Below, piece after piece: positions 26,870 to 40,214 of a stretch of 64,000 nt of DNA. The position numbers and the translations under genes are program-made. Source of the DNA: the human T2T-CHM13v2.0 reference genome, Homo sapiens; NCBI RefSeq assembly GCF_009914755.1, contig NC_060929.1; one strand, given 5' to 3'. Under the pieces are notes generated by a model. That model did not search any database and was not told where the DNA came from. It worked only from the letters and a program-made list of their open reading frames with translations. How positions within the stretch are numbered: the stretch's first letter is position 1; every line of letters begins with the position of its first letter.

Positions 26870-28010
26870 CAGTCCTTATTTGCACAAGCAATAGCTTTTG
26901 ATGTGGTTGATAAATTTCTCTTCCTTGAGAGAATTTCTTCTCTTGAATCCCAGGGCATCGTATGTGCCAGGTTTTCTTTTTCTCTTTCAGACCACTCCTT
27001 CTCAATCTCTTTTGCAGAGTCTTTCTGATTCTCTGACTTCTAAATTTTGGGGCCATTCTTTAGTTCAGTCCTTTTTTTCTTTATATACACCTTTTTTTTC
27101 TCTTTATATACACTCCCTAGGTTGTATAAAGGTTTTAAATACACTCAAATTTGTATCCCCAGTTTGATACCTCTCCCTGGAACTCAAGACCTGTTTATTC
27201 AATTGCATACTTAACATTTCCACTTGGAAGTCTAATAGGCATGTCAAACTCAGTGTGCCAAAACTGAGCTCCTGACATTCACCACCCCTCCCTTCATCTC
27301 TACCTCCATGCAGTCTAGATCCTCATTCAGTCTTCCTTATTTTAACTACCAATTTTCCCAATTGCTCAGGCAGAAACCTTGGTATTTTCCTTGACTCCTC
27401 TCTTCCTCTCACACCTCACTTCTAACCAATAAGCAATTTCTGTTAATTCTATCCTCAAAATATTCATTCACCCATCTCTCATCACTTCCACTGCCAGCCC
27501 AGGCAAAGCCATCATCAGCTCTCACCTGGATATTGCAGGAAACTTCTAACTCACCTCCTGCTTCAGCTTCTGTCCCTTGCAGTCTGCTTTTAGCACAGAA
27601 GTCACAGTGATCCTATTAAAACACACTTTAGGCCATGCCAGTCCTCACCTTTAACCCCCAAATTCTCTTCCATCTTACTGAAAATAACAGAATGAAGAGC
27701 CCTTTCTGTTATCTTCAGGGTCCTGCATGATCTGGACATATGACTACTTCCCACACACATTTTCACATGGCCTAATATCACATATCACCTTTTCAGAGGG
27801 GACTTTCCTGACCACACTCTATGTAAATATCACACTTCTCTCATAATTCATTTTTATCCTACTTTATTTTTTCTCTATAGAACTTTCTATTACCTGAAAT
27901 TAAATATTTACTTGTTTATTATTTGTCTATCTCCCTAAAATAAAAGCTCTCTGTTGGCACTAGAACATGCCTAGTAAACAAATACTTCGAAAATATTTGC
28001 TCAATGCATA
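26870..28010 (+). mobile_element. L2 fragment
   Basis: ctctccctggaactcaagac, aaaactgagctcctga, ccttgactcctctctt and an L2-like 3' end. Confidence 0.75.
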
Positions 28011-28104
28011 TCTTTTTTCATCTTTGGTATTTTTTTTCCAACCTGGTAATTTGTTTTTTTATGTATGTCTGTGTGGGGTTTTTTGCTAAATTCTGTTAAA
28101 TTTT

Positions 28105-28575
28105 TTTAAAATTTTAATTGTTATGAATACATAATAGTTGTACATATTTATGGGGTGCATGTGATATTTCGATACAAGTATACAATGTATAATGATCAAA
28201 TCAGGGTAATTGGGGTATCCATCACCTCAAACATTTATCATATTTTTGTGATAGGAATATTTCAATTCCACTCTTCTAGTTATTTTGAAATATAGCATAA
28301 ATATTGTTAAAAACATTCCAATTCCACTCTTCTAGTTATTTTGAAATGTACCATAAATTATTAACTATAGTTGCCCTTTTGTGCCACTGAACACTAGATC
28401 TTATTCTTTCTCCCTGACTGTATTTTTATACCCATTAACTGGGTCTTTACTCCTCCTCAATCCCTGCCACACCCACTGCTCTTCCCAGTCTCTGGTAACC
28501 ATCATTTTACTCTCCAACTCCATGAGATCAATTTTTTCAGCTCTCACATATGAGTGAGAACATGCAATATTTATT
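28105..28575 (-). mobile_element. L1MA-type 3' end containing an internal ~56-bp tandem duplication (~28256-28360)
   Basis: tacataatagttgtacatatttatgggg...catatgagtgagaacatgc; caattccactcttctagttattttgaaat occurs twice. Confidence 0.8.
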
Positions 28576-31500
28576 TTTACGTATGTATGTATGTATGTGT
28601 GTATTTCAATGAAAATTCTCTTCATCTATACGTTTTTGGAAGACAGTGACCTGACTTAAACATCTTTATTTTCAACATATAGTGTAGACTTCCCCCAAAG
28701 GATAGCTTCTCAGACAGTATTTCCTGATCCATTGATTAATGATAGATAAAAGGGGCAGATACTTTTCCAACTTGTTTATTTGTTTGTTTTTATATATATA
28801 TATGTATGTGTACATATGTTTGCACTTAAACTAGCAAATATTACCTTCTTATCTATAGGCTTTTGGAAGACAACAACCTCACTTAAGTATCCTTTGTTTT
28901 CAACACATAGCACAGACTTCCTGGAGACTGTTTTTGTATATGTAATTAAAAAAAACAAAAACAAAACAAAAAAAACCCAGAAGACTAACAGTCTAATTTT
29001 GAAAAAAAATCCACAGTCATGTGAATGACAGATGATTTTGGGTATGACTGGGGACTGGAATGGACACAGAGCTCTTTCAATTCTGTCTAACAAAGCCACA
29101 GACTAATGTTAAGGAATGTTTGTGTGATCTCTCCAGTGTGGAATCAGTACCCAAACACAGGAGTCTTTACAAAGATCCAAAATAATCATAAAACCATTAT
29201 AACCACAAGCCCTCTTCAGAGTTATCCCCTCAATAGTGAATGCTGCCTTTTCAAGCCAACTCTTATATTGAGAGAAGGGTTGTAATATCTCCAGCCTGGA
29301 AGAAATCCCTATTCCTGTGGCTCATTTACTACATCTCTGTGGTTCTTGGAAGGAAGGATGGAGTGAAAGCCACCCCAGGCAGTTGACTGTGAATTCTAGT
29401 CTTAAGCAATGTATGGAGCACTTCAATAAACTTTGGCTATTTAGCCAGCCTTCGTTCCCTAGAGAAATACTGCCCAGCTATCCCCAAGCTCTGGTAGATT
29501 GTTTGCCACGGACAACTTATTGATTTATGGTCCTGGACATTCTTAGAACTCTGCTAAGAGAAGGAAAAGGCATGATCACCTTGTAGGAGCTATGAAGGTA
29601 AAGCCTGCCTTCGAATCCTCAGGTAGCATAAGCAAGAGTACCGGGGGGCATAGTGTGCATTTCCTATTCTTACAGGGTGCCGGGCACATAGGGGTCACTC
29701 CATCAATAAGGGAGGAGAAAGAATGAAATGAACTGGGAGGATAAAAAGCAAGAGGCTCATTGCTCACTGGATGTCTACTGTCTAATGGGGAGGGAGGGAC
29801 ACAAACTCAGCTGGCTTTAAGTTATAAAGCAGGGTGAGAACTTTCACGTCACTGTGAATTCACACAGTTGTAATTTTTTACTTAACATTCACATGCTCTA
29901 TATTCTTTCCATAAAGGTACAAACTGTATTTCTCTTAAAATGTCAATACTGCCACATTGAACTGCATAAAGAGCCTGACCTTGGAAGCTCTCCTGAGCAA
30001 GAAACTACCTAGGACCCTACCCTAAGCTGGTCTAAGGATATTTCACGTTTGTATTCCCCACAGGGTCTAGATTGAGGTTTGGCACATGTGAATGCTTAGT
30101 ATTTCCTGCATAAACACCTGACTGAAAAAAAAATATGAAAGAGCTTGATACCAATGGCATCTTTGTTGTGTTCTTAGAATTCATTAGAAAAACAACTTTG
30201 CTGAATATGAAATGGAAACTCCAAGTCTTTCCCCGTATTGGTTAGCTTTCTCTCACCAATATGGTGCATGGTGCCAGCATAAAGTGCATCAGACGTGATA
30301 GTGGGCTTTCAACATGCCACACAGCAAGGTGAATTTTTCAGAACTCCCAAACCTCCCTTGAAAACACTTCTACGCAGGTCACATCATGATATATTTGCCA
30401 TTTGTAAAGTGAAATACCATCATGAAAGAGAATATTTAATGCCATAAAGAAAAACCCTACCTTTCCCAGCTTATAAATGTCAGATCACCAATTCCAACTG
30501 CATAGGGAAAGAATCATAAAGTAAGATCATAGTCTCCTGCGATTTTTGAATCAAAATGGAAATTAAGAAATGAAGGTTTAATAATCCTTAACGTTTGCTC
30601 TTTGGGAAGGCTGCTGTTTGTTGAGAGTGGGGCTGGCCTACATTAGGGGTGGACAGTTGAGAGAAGCTTCCTTTTCATCATCCTGTCCTCACAGTGTGCA
30701 CTTTTGCAAACTTTGTGGCTCCGGGATTGTACAAATACAATGTTTCCCTGATGGCCTCACAGCATGAGACAAGGCAAAGCATTCGGGGATGGTCCCTATG
30801 GTCCTGAGCCCAGTTTTAAGATGTAAGCAAGAATATCAAGGATAAATAAGTGCTTTGGATTGCCCAATTACTTCTACTTTCTCTGGCCTTGTGGCTTTTG
30901 ATAGTCATGTAAAATTCACTACAAATGGATAGAAATGCCTCTTCTTCAAATGTTCCAGAGGAAAAAAATTCAAAGTTCCTTTAGCTGTATATACCAGGGC
31001 ATTGGCAGCACTCAGGCACTTTGGAAAGCATGTTGGTGGTAACTACAGGGCGGCCACCCTGTCTGAAAGCATTTTGGTACATTTCATACAATGAATAAAT
31101 GTTGGACTTCTATTATGTATATTAATTCATACCAAATAGTTAATTCATATGATGATATTATTTATGATGAAATTATTTGTTTCCGGACCTTCTGCCACAT
31201 GTTTTATAATCTTAATGTGCTTACTCCATAAGCCACATCTCCACTTCTCAATTTTTAGTTGCATTCTTGCTCAAGAGGCACAAATAAGGATGTTCATTTC
31301 AGAAATGATTGGACTGGAAAAAAATGTTAGTCAGATTCTAAATGGTCGGTAATAGAGATCTGGTTAAATAAATGTTACGCATAATGTAATAAGAAGGACA
31401 CTCTCACACATAACAACTATAAACTGTAGACAAAATACAAAAACTACCCAAGGGCTCTAGAGCGTGAACAATAGTTAGCAAATTTGGGGAAGAAGTCAAA

Positions 31501-32180
31501 ACTTAAAGAAAGAGACCAACATGTGTAAGTTTCTGATTTTTGTGGCTCTGCCACATGGTGAGCAGCAGTCAGGGACCAGAGACAGAGCCTGTAGTTTAAA
31601 CACTGGTGTTTACCTGTTTACCTGGATGGCCATTTTTAACAGCAGGTCATAGATTTCTGCCATGCTTTAATAATTTGTGCAAAGGTGCAAATTATTGATG
31701 ACTGATTTTAATCTTTGAAAACTTAATGAACTTAAATTTCCCTTGGAGGGAACAAAAACAGCATAGTAGAAGCACACAAAAATCTTCAGTAGTTTCATGT
31801 CCTCTTAGAAGCCATTCATAATCTACAGGTTAAAAAAAATCTCTGCTATAGGCTAGATTCCCTTCATGATAGAGACCAACATAGGATTGGTAGAGCAAGT
31901 AATATTATGAATTTTTAAAATTCAGGATAAGAAATATCTTTAAGGATGGGGATCCTCTGAAAACTTAACCTGAAATAAATGTAAAATTTTGTAGTTAAGT
32001 CTAAATAATTAATTGCAAGTATACAGAATGACAAAGGTATGATACAGTAGCCTCATAAACAGAAAAAAGATATGAAAGCTTATTGATAATATGCTCCATT
32101 ATATGCCATAAATATTATGTGCTTCCCAGAGAAACGAATGTGATCTTCTGTTACTTTAATGGAGTATCGGTTTCTAGAAC

Positions 32181-32390
32181 TGCACTGCACAATATGGCAG
32201 CCCCTAGCCATATGTGGCTATTTAAATTAAATTTACTTTTTAAAACAGCTCAAAAATAAAGTGCTTCAGTTGCATTAGCCACATGTCAGGTACTGAATAG
32301 TCAGTCACACATAGTTAGGTAGCTGTTGCACTGGACAGCATAGATAGAGAACATTTCTGTGATTGCAAAAAGTTCCGTTGGACAGCATTG
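32181..32390. mobile_element. MER3-like MITE inserted in an L3/CR1-like fragment (~31950-32450)
   Basis: caatatggcagcccctagccatatgtggctatttaaatt...tagagaacatttc...ttggacagca. Confidence 0.7.
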
Positions 32391-33754
32391 TTGGGAACAA
32401 GGGAGGTTAAGAGTCATGCTGTGCTCTGCATTGGACAGAACACACCTGGCATCGTAGACACATGCTGTTTGCTGCCCAGAATCGATTGCTCTCTTTTCTT
32501 GGTAAGAGAATGCTGAGTTTCCTATGGGAGAACATGCTGTTCCCATTCTCAGTCACCTGATTTGGGAGGGATTGGTGCCTCCCAATCAAGGAGGGGACCC
32601 TCATGACTCCCTGTGGGCAGTGTGGTGTAAAGAGGGAAAATACAGAACTATAGCAGGTCTTTTGGTCACATAAGGGGAGAGTGTGGACCTGCTGGGCAGC
32701 CACTTTAGGATGAAGACATCACTATAGGATATCCAACAGAGGGAAAGTGCATACTATGGGAATATTTAACCTCTGGATCTCACTTCATCTGAAGCCTACC
32801 CTTCTTCCTCCTGATTACATGAATTCATAACCTCCCTTCAGTGTTCAAGTCACTGAAGTTGGGTTTCCTATCCCTAGATGATACCTAAATGAGCTCCCTG
32901 ATAAATTGAGTTCAGCTGCTTGTGTTTCTGTTTGGACAATGATACAGCACAATGGAATGTTTTCATAGGAGAAAGACCAGGAGGGCGAAAGAAGTTCAAG
33001 GAAATATCCCTCTTCTATTCCCATGGCCAAATTAAGTCTTTATTCCCAGGCCAGCCCCAAGTGGCTGATGTGACCATTTTGACATTTCATAAATTCCCTT
33101 GGGAAGAAGGATTCTAAAAGCTTCCAGTCTTAATTTAAAGTAGTATGGTAGAGGTAATAAGACCATCTGATGAAGTCACTGAATCCACAAATCTCTCTGT
33201 ATTGCTAGGACAAAAGATAAGAGAGCAAATCATGTAAAATTACTTTCCTTTTAAATATAAGTGACATTCATACCGGCACAGGGCTGCATTTTAATAACTG
33301 TACTACTGCAAAATGTGTCACTTTAGTTGCATGATATTATAAAAGAAAACCAGTGGATATTATTTTTGTGTCATTTTCTAATCCAGTGCATTTTTATAAA
33401 ATTCTACAGATTGAGTTAAAATTTTAAAGGAGTATATATAATGAAATTTGAAATATTCTTTGAGGGTAGTTCTTCTGAAAGGTTGATGGAAGCATCCAAT
33501 AAAGGACTGCAGAGGATTGTTTTCAGAGGCTTGAGGAAGATGGCAGAAAGACATTCTATGTATTCTCAAAACTGTTTTTAAACTCCTATTTTATGGCTGA
33601 ATTAACTAAGATGTTCATTTGTTCCCTGCCACACACGCATGGAAACGAGAAAGTGTAGATTCTTCAGAGTTTACAAGTTCTAATACAGAAGTCCACAGCC
33701 TTGTCTGCACAATAGAATCACCCGGGGGCGGGGCGCTTTAAAAATATGAATGTT

Positions 33755-34330
33755 ATTGAACATAATTACAACATGATCCAGCAATTCCATTGCTAAGTAT
33801 ACACCCCAAAGAATTGAAAGCAGGGACTCTAATAGAATCATGTTCTTCTATGTTTATAGCAGTACTATTTACAACAGCCAAAAAGAATAAATAACTCAAA
33901 TGTCCATAGAAGGATGAATGGATAAACAAAATGTAGTATATACCTACAATGGAATTTTATTCATTAAAGAGGAAGAAAATACTGACACATGCTATACCAT
34001 GGATGAACATTAAAAATATTATGCTAAGTGAAATAAACTAGACAACAAGAAGACAAATATTGTGTGATTCCACTTATGTGAGCTACCTAGAATGGACAAA
34101 TTTATGGACAGAAAATAGAACAGTGGTTACCAGAGGCGGGGGTAGGGAAGAATGGGGAGCTATTGTTTAATGGGTGCAGAGTTTATATTCGGAATCATGA
34201 AAAAAACTTCTGAAGATGCATGGTGGTGATGGTTGCACAATATGAATGTATTTAATTTACAGAATTATATATTCAAAATGGTTAAAATGCCGAATTTTAT
34301 GTTGTATGTATTTTACCATATTAAGAAAAA
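33755..34330 (+). mobile_element. L1MB-type 3' end inserted in a MER5-like MITE (pieces ~33690-33750 and ~34335-34435)
   Basis: atgatccagcaattcca...gatgaatggataaacaaaatg...atgctaagtgaaata...aaaatggttaaaatg. Confidence 0.8.
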
Positions 34331-35424
34331 TGTGGATGCCAGAGTTCCACCCCTAGGATCCTTATACAGTTGTTTTGGGGTACAGTCTAAATATTGGAAC
34401 TGTAAAGGCCACCTGGGTGTTTTTAATGTGCAGCCTTATGCCTCAGGTCCGAAAGGTGACATAAAAAAGTGAAAACAGCTCAGGTGAGGTCTGTGAAGAC
34501 ATGCGAAGAACATGAACTGTCTAAAGGGGGCAGCTGCCACCACTTGTCCCTGGTTGATGACTGCCCTGAGGGAATACAGGTCTCAGAGTGGGTACATCTT
34601 CTGAATTGTTTAAAGAGGCATGTATCTGGAGGGTAAAGAAACCTAATTCTTAAATGATCGTAACTTACTGAAACTTAAAAATAACACCCAATGACAAAAT
34701 AAAATATGTCTGAGAGCTGCGTGTTCTCTAGGCCATAGGATATCAACCATCTCAGTTTGCCTGGGATTGTTCCCAGGCAACTAAAAAGTTGCCAAAGCAC
34801 TGGTAAATCATTTGGGAAATCACTCTGTCCCAGGGAAACCACTATGGTTGGCCACCCTAGTGGGCTACCTTTTTTCTTTTTCTTTTTTTTGGTCTGAAGA
34901 GGCAGAACAACACACGTTTCTTTGATTCCCTTCCATGGTCCCAGACTGGTGACAGTGCAAGGTGGGGGCTTGAAAGTGTTTTACCTCCTATAACATTGGT
35001 CAGCAGTCCCCTCACCATAAGCCATTCCAAATAAACATTCATTCTAAGTAAAAACAGCAATCTTGCTAAGCAAACCCAACCTTAAGACAAATCTCATTCC
35101 ATTCCTCTTGGTTAGGTTTGTGCTTTTAGACCCTGCCTATAGAAAACTTGGAGCCACTATGGCATAGACAGCTACGTAAGGAGCAATTCTGGGAAGGGAA
35201 GAAAACCCCACAGTCATGGCTGTGGCTTCTCATTCTTCTTTCTTATAAATGATGTCCTAGAAATGTGAAGCAAATAAGTGGTACTTATTCTAGAACAGTC
35301 CCTGGATGTTGTTTAAGGCCTCTCATTGGTCAGGTTTCTGTCAATCTTTGCAGCTCTGACATTTTTTTTACACCTGTGGTCAATTGTTCTGGTTGGACAT
35401 CTTGGTGGGTAATTGATTATTAAC

Positions 35425-35800
35425 ATAAGTGGCAGTCTTTAGGGTTATACACAAGTATTCTGGTTGCAGTCTCTCTTTCTGGTGACATGAAGAGATACTT
35501 TCTTACTCCCTTGACGGTGGCTGTGTGATTTGCTTTGGCCAACAAAATGTGAACGGAAGTGATGTGTGTCACTTTCGTCTGAGGCATTTAGCTGCTGGTG
35601 CTCAGCACCAACCTTCTTTTTTTATCTGTCTTGGCAGTTAAGGAAATGTTTGTCAAGATGATGTCTTCACTAGCCTGGGTCCCTGAGTGACCACCCATGT
35701 TGGAAATGTAGTGAGCACAAGAAATAATTCTTTGTTGTATTAAACCATGGAGATAAGGGACTATTTGTTACTGCAGCATAATCTAATCACCTTAACTGAC
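35425..35800 (+). mobile_element. Old MLT1-type LTR
   Basis: tgtgatttgctttggccaacaaaatgtg...tttgttactgcagcataa. Confidence 0.7.
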
Positions 35801-35987
35801 AAGGTAGAGAAATCACATATGTGAATCATGTGATTTGGTTCACATCCAGAGCAATAGTCAATGCATAGCATACTATATGAAAATACTTTCCTAAAATTTA
35901 AAATTTATGTTGACTTTTCCTACCAAATGTCTAGATAAGGAATAAACCTCAACTCTAACTACTTCTTGTTCCTGTTCCTCTCTAGTC

Positions 35988-36198
35988 TACTGTTGTCCGA
36001 TAGAACATTCTGTGATGGTAGAAATATTCTATATTGGTGCTGTCCAATACAGTGGCCATTAGCCACATGTGGCTAATCTATGTAAGTTTGAAATATGGCT
36101 AGTGCAACTGAGAAGATGAATTTTAAATTTTATTTAATTTTGGTTGATTTAAATTTAAATCACCTTGTGGGCCTATTAGCTGTTATATTGGGCAGCAT
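35988..36198. mobile_element. MER3-like MITE
   Basis: tgtccgatagaacattctgtgatgg...tagccacatgtggcta...attgggcagc. Confidence 0.75.
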
Positions 36199-37479
36199 AG
36201 CTCCAGACAATCTAGTTCTTGCCATGTCAGAAAGCCCCTCGCTCCTAGAACTTTTTCCCTCCATGACTCTGTGCCCGTTGCTTCCTAAGCTGAAACACTT
36301 CTTCATTGAATCTGTCTTTATCTTAGGGTCATGTCAATTGTAATTTTTGACCTGGAACAGAATGATCCTCCCCTGTGGTTCCATGCAATGCTTTATTTGT
36401 GTGTCTGGTGTGGTAATGACTTCCCTCTGTCTTTTGAGTTAGGTGGGAATATCTATCTTTTCCACCCCTACCTTTGTATATATCCTATGGGCAATAGCCT
36501 TGTTATTTATTTGTGTATATCTCATAGGCCTTGTTCCTGGTAGGTGCTCAATCAAGAATCAGGAAACCTCATATTCATTTAAAAATGGGTCCTCAGACAA
36601 CCCCATAAGTGAGCCTTAAGTTTAGCACCAAGTTCCAAGGATTATTTCAAGTGGAAATGCATTTATGAGATAATGCCTGGGAAATGTTTGCTGGCCCAAG
36701 ACTCTTGTTTGTCCTGGGTTGCGAAAAATGAAAAATCAACCTTTATGAGTAGTAACTTTATCACATGGAAGGGAAAACACAGGTGTCCCTTTTGTACACT
36801 CAGTGGGGTCACTAAAATTTGGGTGGTAAGCTTTAAAACTGAGTCATCACATTTCCCCAGTCCCTTAGTGGCATGGGAAAGGCTAGTGAGGCCTAGCAAT
36901 AATAGGTCAGCTGTGGGGAGAGTGAGAACACCACCCCATGCTTTGGGGCAGGGTATCCAGGATGTGTTTCCTGGCCTTCACTGAGTAGCAGAAGGAAGAG
37001 GGTGAGATTTGGAGTGAGCTGGACTTTGGATGGACATGCTCATGTCCTGCTCATGTCATAGTCAAGAGTCTTTCATCTGAAGGAACCAGAAACCATCTCA
37101 AGCCAATGCAAAAAAAGGATTCCAGAATATCTTGTGAATACAATCACAGCTGGACTGCCTACGTTTTATTTCAAGAGTAGCACAAAACAATTGAGGGATT
37201 TTTAGGTAAAAGTCTAGCATGTAAAAGTAAGCTTGAGAGCCTTGTATTTTTTCAAGCCATTCCCCCTCTTTGACTGGCATTCAGGGCCCTGCTCAACCAG
37301 GCCTCAGACCCTAGCCTTTCTTTCTAATACAACCCATGACACAGCCTCACAGGACTCAAACACGGGACCATCCACACCTCCATGCTTTCACTTCTCTGTT
37401 CCATGCCTGGAGTATCGTTTCCTTCCTCAGGAATTATCTTACTCTTTTTTTTTTCTTTTTGGAGCCACTATCTATTTTC

Positions 37480-38260
37480 AGAATTCTTTTATCATTCCAA
37501 ACTCTGTACCAATCCAATAATAACTCCTATGTTCTCTTCCTACACAGCCTCTGGTAACCTTTATTATAATTTATGTGTGTATGCATTTGCCTGTTCTAGG
37601 GACCTCGTATAAATGGAATCATACAATATTTGTTTTTTGTGTCTGGCTTAGTTTACTCAGCATAATGTTTTTCAAGGTTCATCCATTTCTTAGCACACAT
37701 CAAAATTTCATTTCTTTTTATGGCTGAATAACATTCCATTAATGTATATACCACATTTTGTTTGCCCATTTTTGAATTGGTTGTTCATTTTTTTGTTGAG
37801 TTATAGGAGTTTTTAAAATACTCTGAAATTCAATCTCCTATCAAATGTATGCTTTTCAAATGTTTCCTCCCATTCTATGTGTTGCCTTTTCATTGTCTTG
37901 ATAGTGTACTTTCATGCACAAATGTTTTTAATTTTGATAAAGCCTAATTTATTTATTCTCTTTTGTTGTCTGTGCTTTTGTTTTCATATCCAAGAAATCC
38001 CGGTCAAATCCAATGTCATTATTTTCCTCTATGCTTTCTTCTAACAGTTTTAGAGTTTTAACTCTTTTGTTTAGGTCTTTGATGCATTTTGAGTTAATTT
38101 TTGTATATGGTGTGAGGTAAGGGTTTACCTTTATTCTTTTGCATATGGATATCTAGTTTTCCCAGCACCGTTTGTTGAAAAGACTATCCTTGCTCTCATT
38201 TAATGGTCTTGGCACCTTTGTCAATTGACCATATATGTAATTAATTGGCCATATATATAA
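37480..38260 (-). mobile_element. Old L1M (L1MB-like) fragment
   Basis: tataaatggaatcatacaatat...ttcccagcaccgtttgttgaaaagact. Confidence 0.8.
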
Positions 38261-40214
38261 GAGTCTATTTAAAAATAACATGTTTGTTATTTTTATCTGA
38301 CACCTTAAATGCTATAATAGCCTATTAAGAGGCAAACAACATTTACTCATAATCAACTACTCAGATTAACATTTTGGTGGTTTTTCTTTTTTTTCTTAAA
38401 TACATAACAAAATGCAGATAATAATTGCATCTATTCATCAGGTAGGTATAAATAGAAGATAAAATAGAAAAAAGTGTCTGCCTTATATTTTGTTTATGGT
38501 TTGTGTAATCAAATTCAATTGTGCTATAAAATATTTAGTATATACGTATTTCACTCAGCATTACACCCTGGGCATTTTTCATGTGATTACAGATTCTTGG
38601 AAACTGACACCATTGTTTAAGGCATTCATCAATATCACACTTCTGAGAAACTTTCTCAGTTCTCCCTGACCCCAGGTAGAATCTGGCTATATTCTACACT
38701 CCTAGTGCTCTTGGATACATTCTGTCCTCCCTTGTAATGGCACTGCCATATATAGAGTGCATAGCAAGTGCATAGTAAATGTTTGCTGATTTAAAGATCA
38801 TGCCTCACATAGATCTTGTGTTTAGTAAATGGTTAGCTTGGACATGTGACATTCCTCCAGCCCCTTTTTCTTTTTTAATATTATATCTCTGCACAGCAGT
38901 AAGATCTTGGGATACATCTGACAAGTTCTGGCTGCCCAGCAAGCATTATGGAAACCAATGTGGTGCATGTGGCCCAGGCATGATTCCCAAAGCCCTCAGT
39001 GACCCCAGAACATGGAAGAAGCCTGCTTCAAGATACCCACTCAATTCTATTCCATTTTGCTGCCAGGAAGATCCACAGGCACACTATTCACAGCAAGGCC
39101 AAAATGCAATAGTAATTCTTTTAAACAGATGTTAGCTGACCACATTCTTGGTACCTCTTGCTTTGAGGGCACCTGCAGCCTAGGGAGTAATGCTGTCCCC
39201 ATGCATTAGGGCAGCCTGATATTATGCAACCCTCCTTGGCTTCTTAGGGAGAGGAAAGAGCAAATGCATCCCTCAGGTAGCTCCAATTGTTTCCATTTCT
39301 TTTCTCTCTCTACACCTTTACACCAATCCCAAGAGGTGAGAACGGATGCAGAGCTCCTTGACTCTGGCTACACCACTTACTCACAAAGATTATGAAAAAT
39401 CATAAAAATGTCAACTTCTGTATTTCAATTCTGTAAACTATACATGCAGTAGTCTCTGCACTTAGTTCCCATCATTACAGCTTGAGCGAGAAGGCTTCAG
39501 CTTTATGCTTGAATAACAAATAGAATGGTACCCGCCCCTTTGACAGGTGGTCTGTGAAGCGCGAATGTTTCTCCAGCCTGCTTACCAGAAACAAGTCCCA
39601 GGCTGTGTCTGAAAAATATTTTGGCGCTGTCATTGCCTTAGACATTGGCATGGACAAGGTCCTTTGAGGAAAGTTATCTGGTCAAACTGAGAAATATCAG
39701 TGGCAGAATGACAGAAGGCCTAGAAAATATGTGATTTGGTTGTATTTCTACAAGTAAGTAATGCTAAAGGAAAATGATGGCAGCTAACACATACTGAGCT
39801 TCAACTCGGTGTCAGGCACTTAGCTGAATGTTCTTTGCACTTTACAGTATTTTATCTTCATGACACTGTGATCATTTTACAATTGAAGAAATAGAGGATC
39901 AAGTGTTTGTTGAAGGTTGCAGAGCTAGTGAATAGTGATTTGAAAATTGGCAATCTATCACCAGAACCTATGCTCTTTTTCTCATACCATCTTTCCTCTT
40001 GCTAATCTCTTTTTAAGCTCCTGAATTTATAGATAATATATTATATATGAATATATGTAATTTATAATATACATATTATATATATATATCACTTCAAAGT
40101 TAGAGATACAAGCTGCTTTAATAGTTAGAACTATCTTTGGATGGGCATTTCTGCAAGAATTTTTTTTGTAACCTAAGAAAGAAATGTTAATAATACTGAG
40201 ACCTCATAGTTCAT

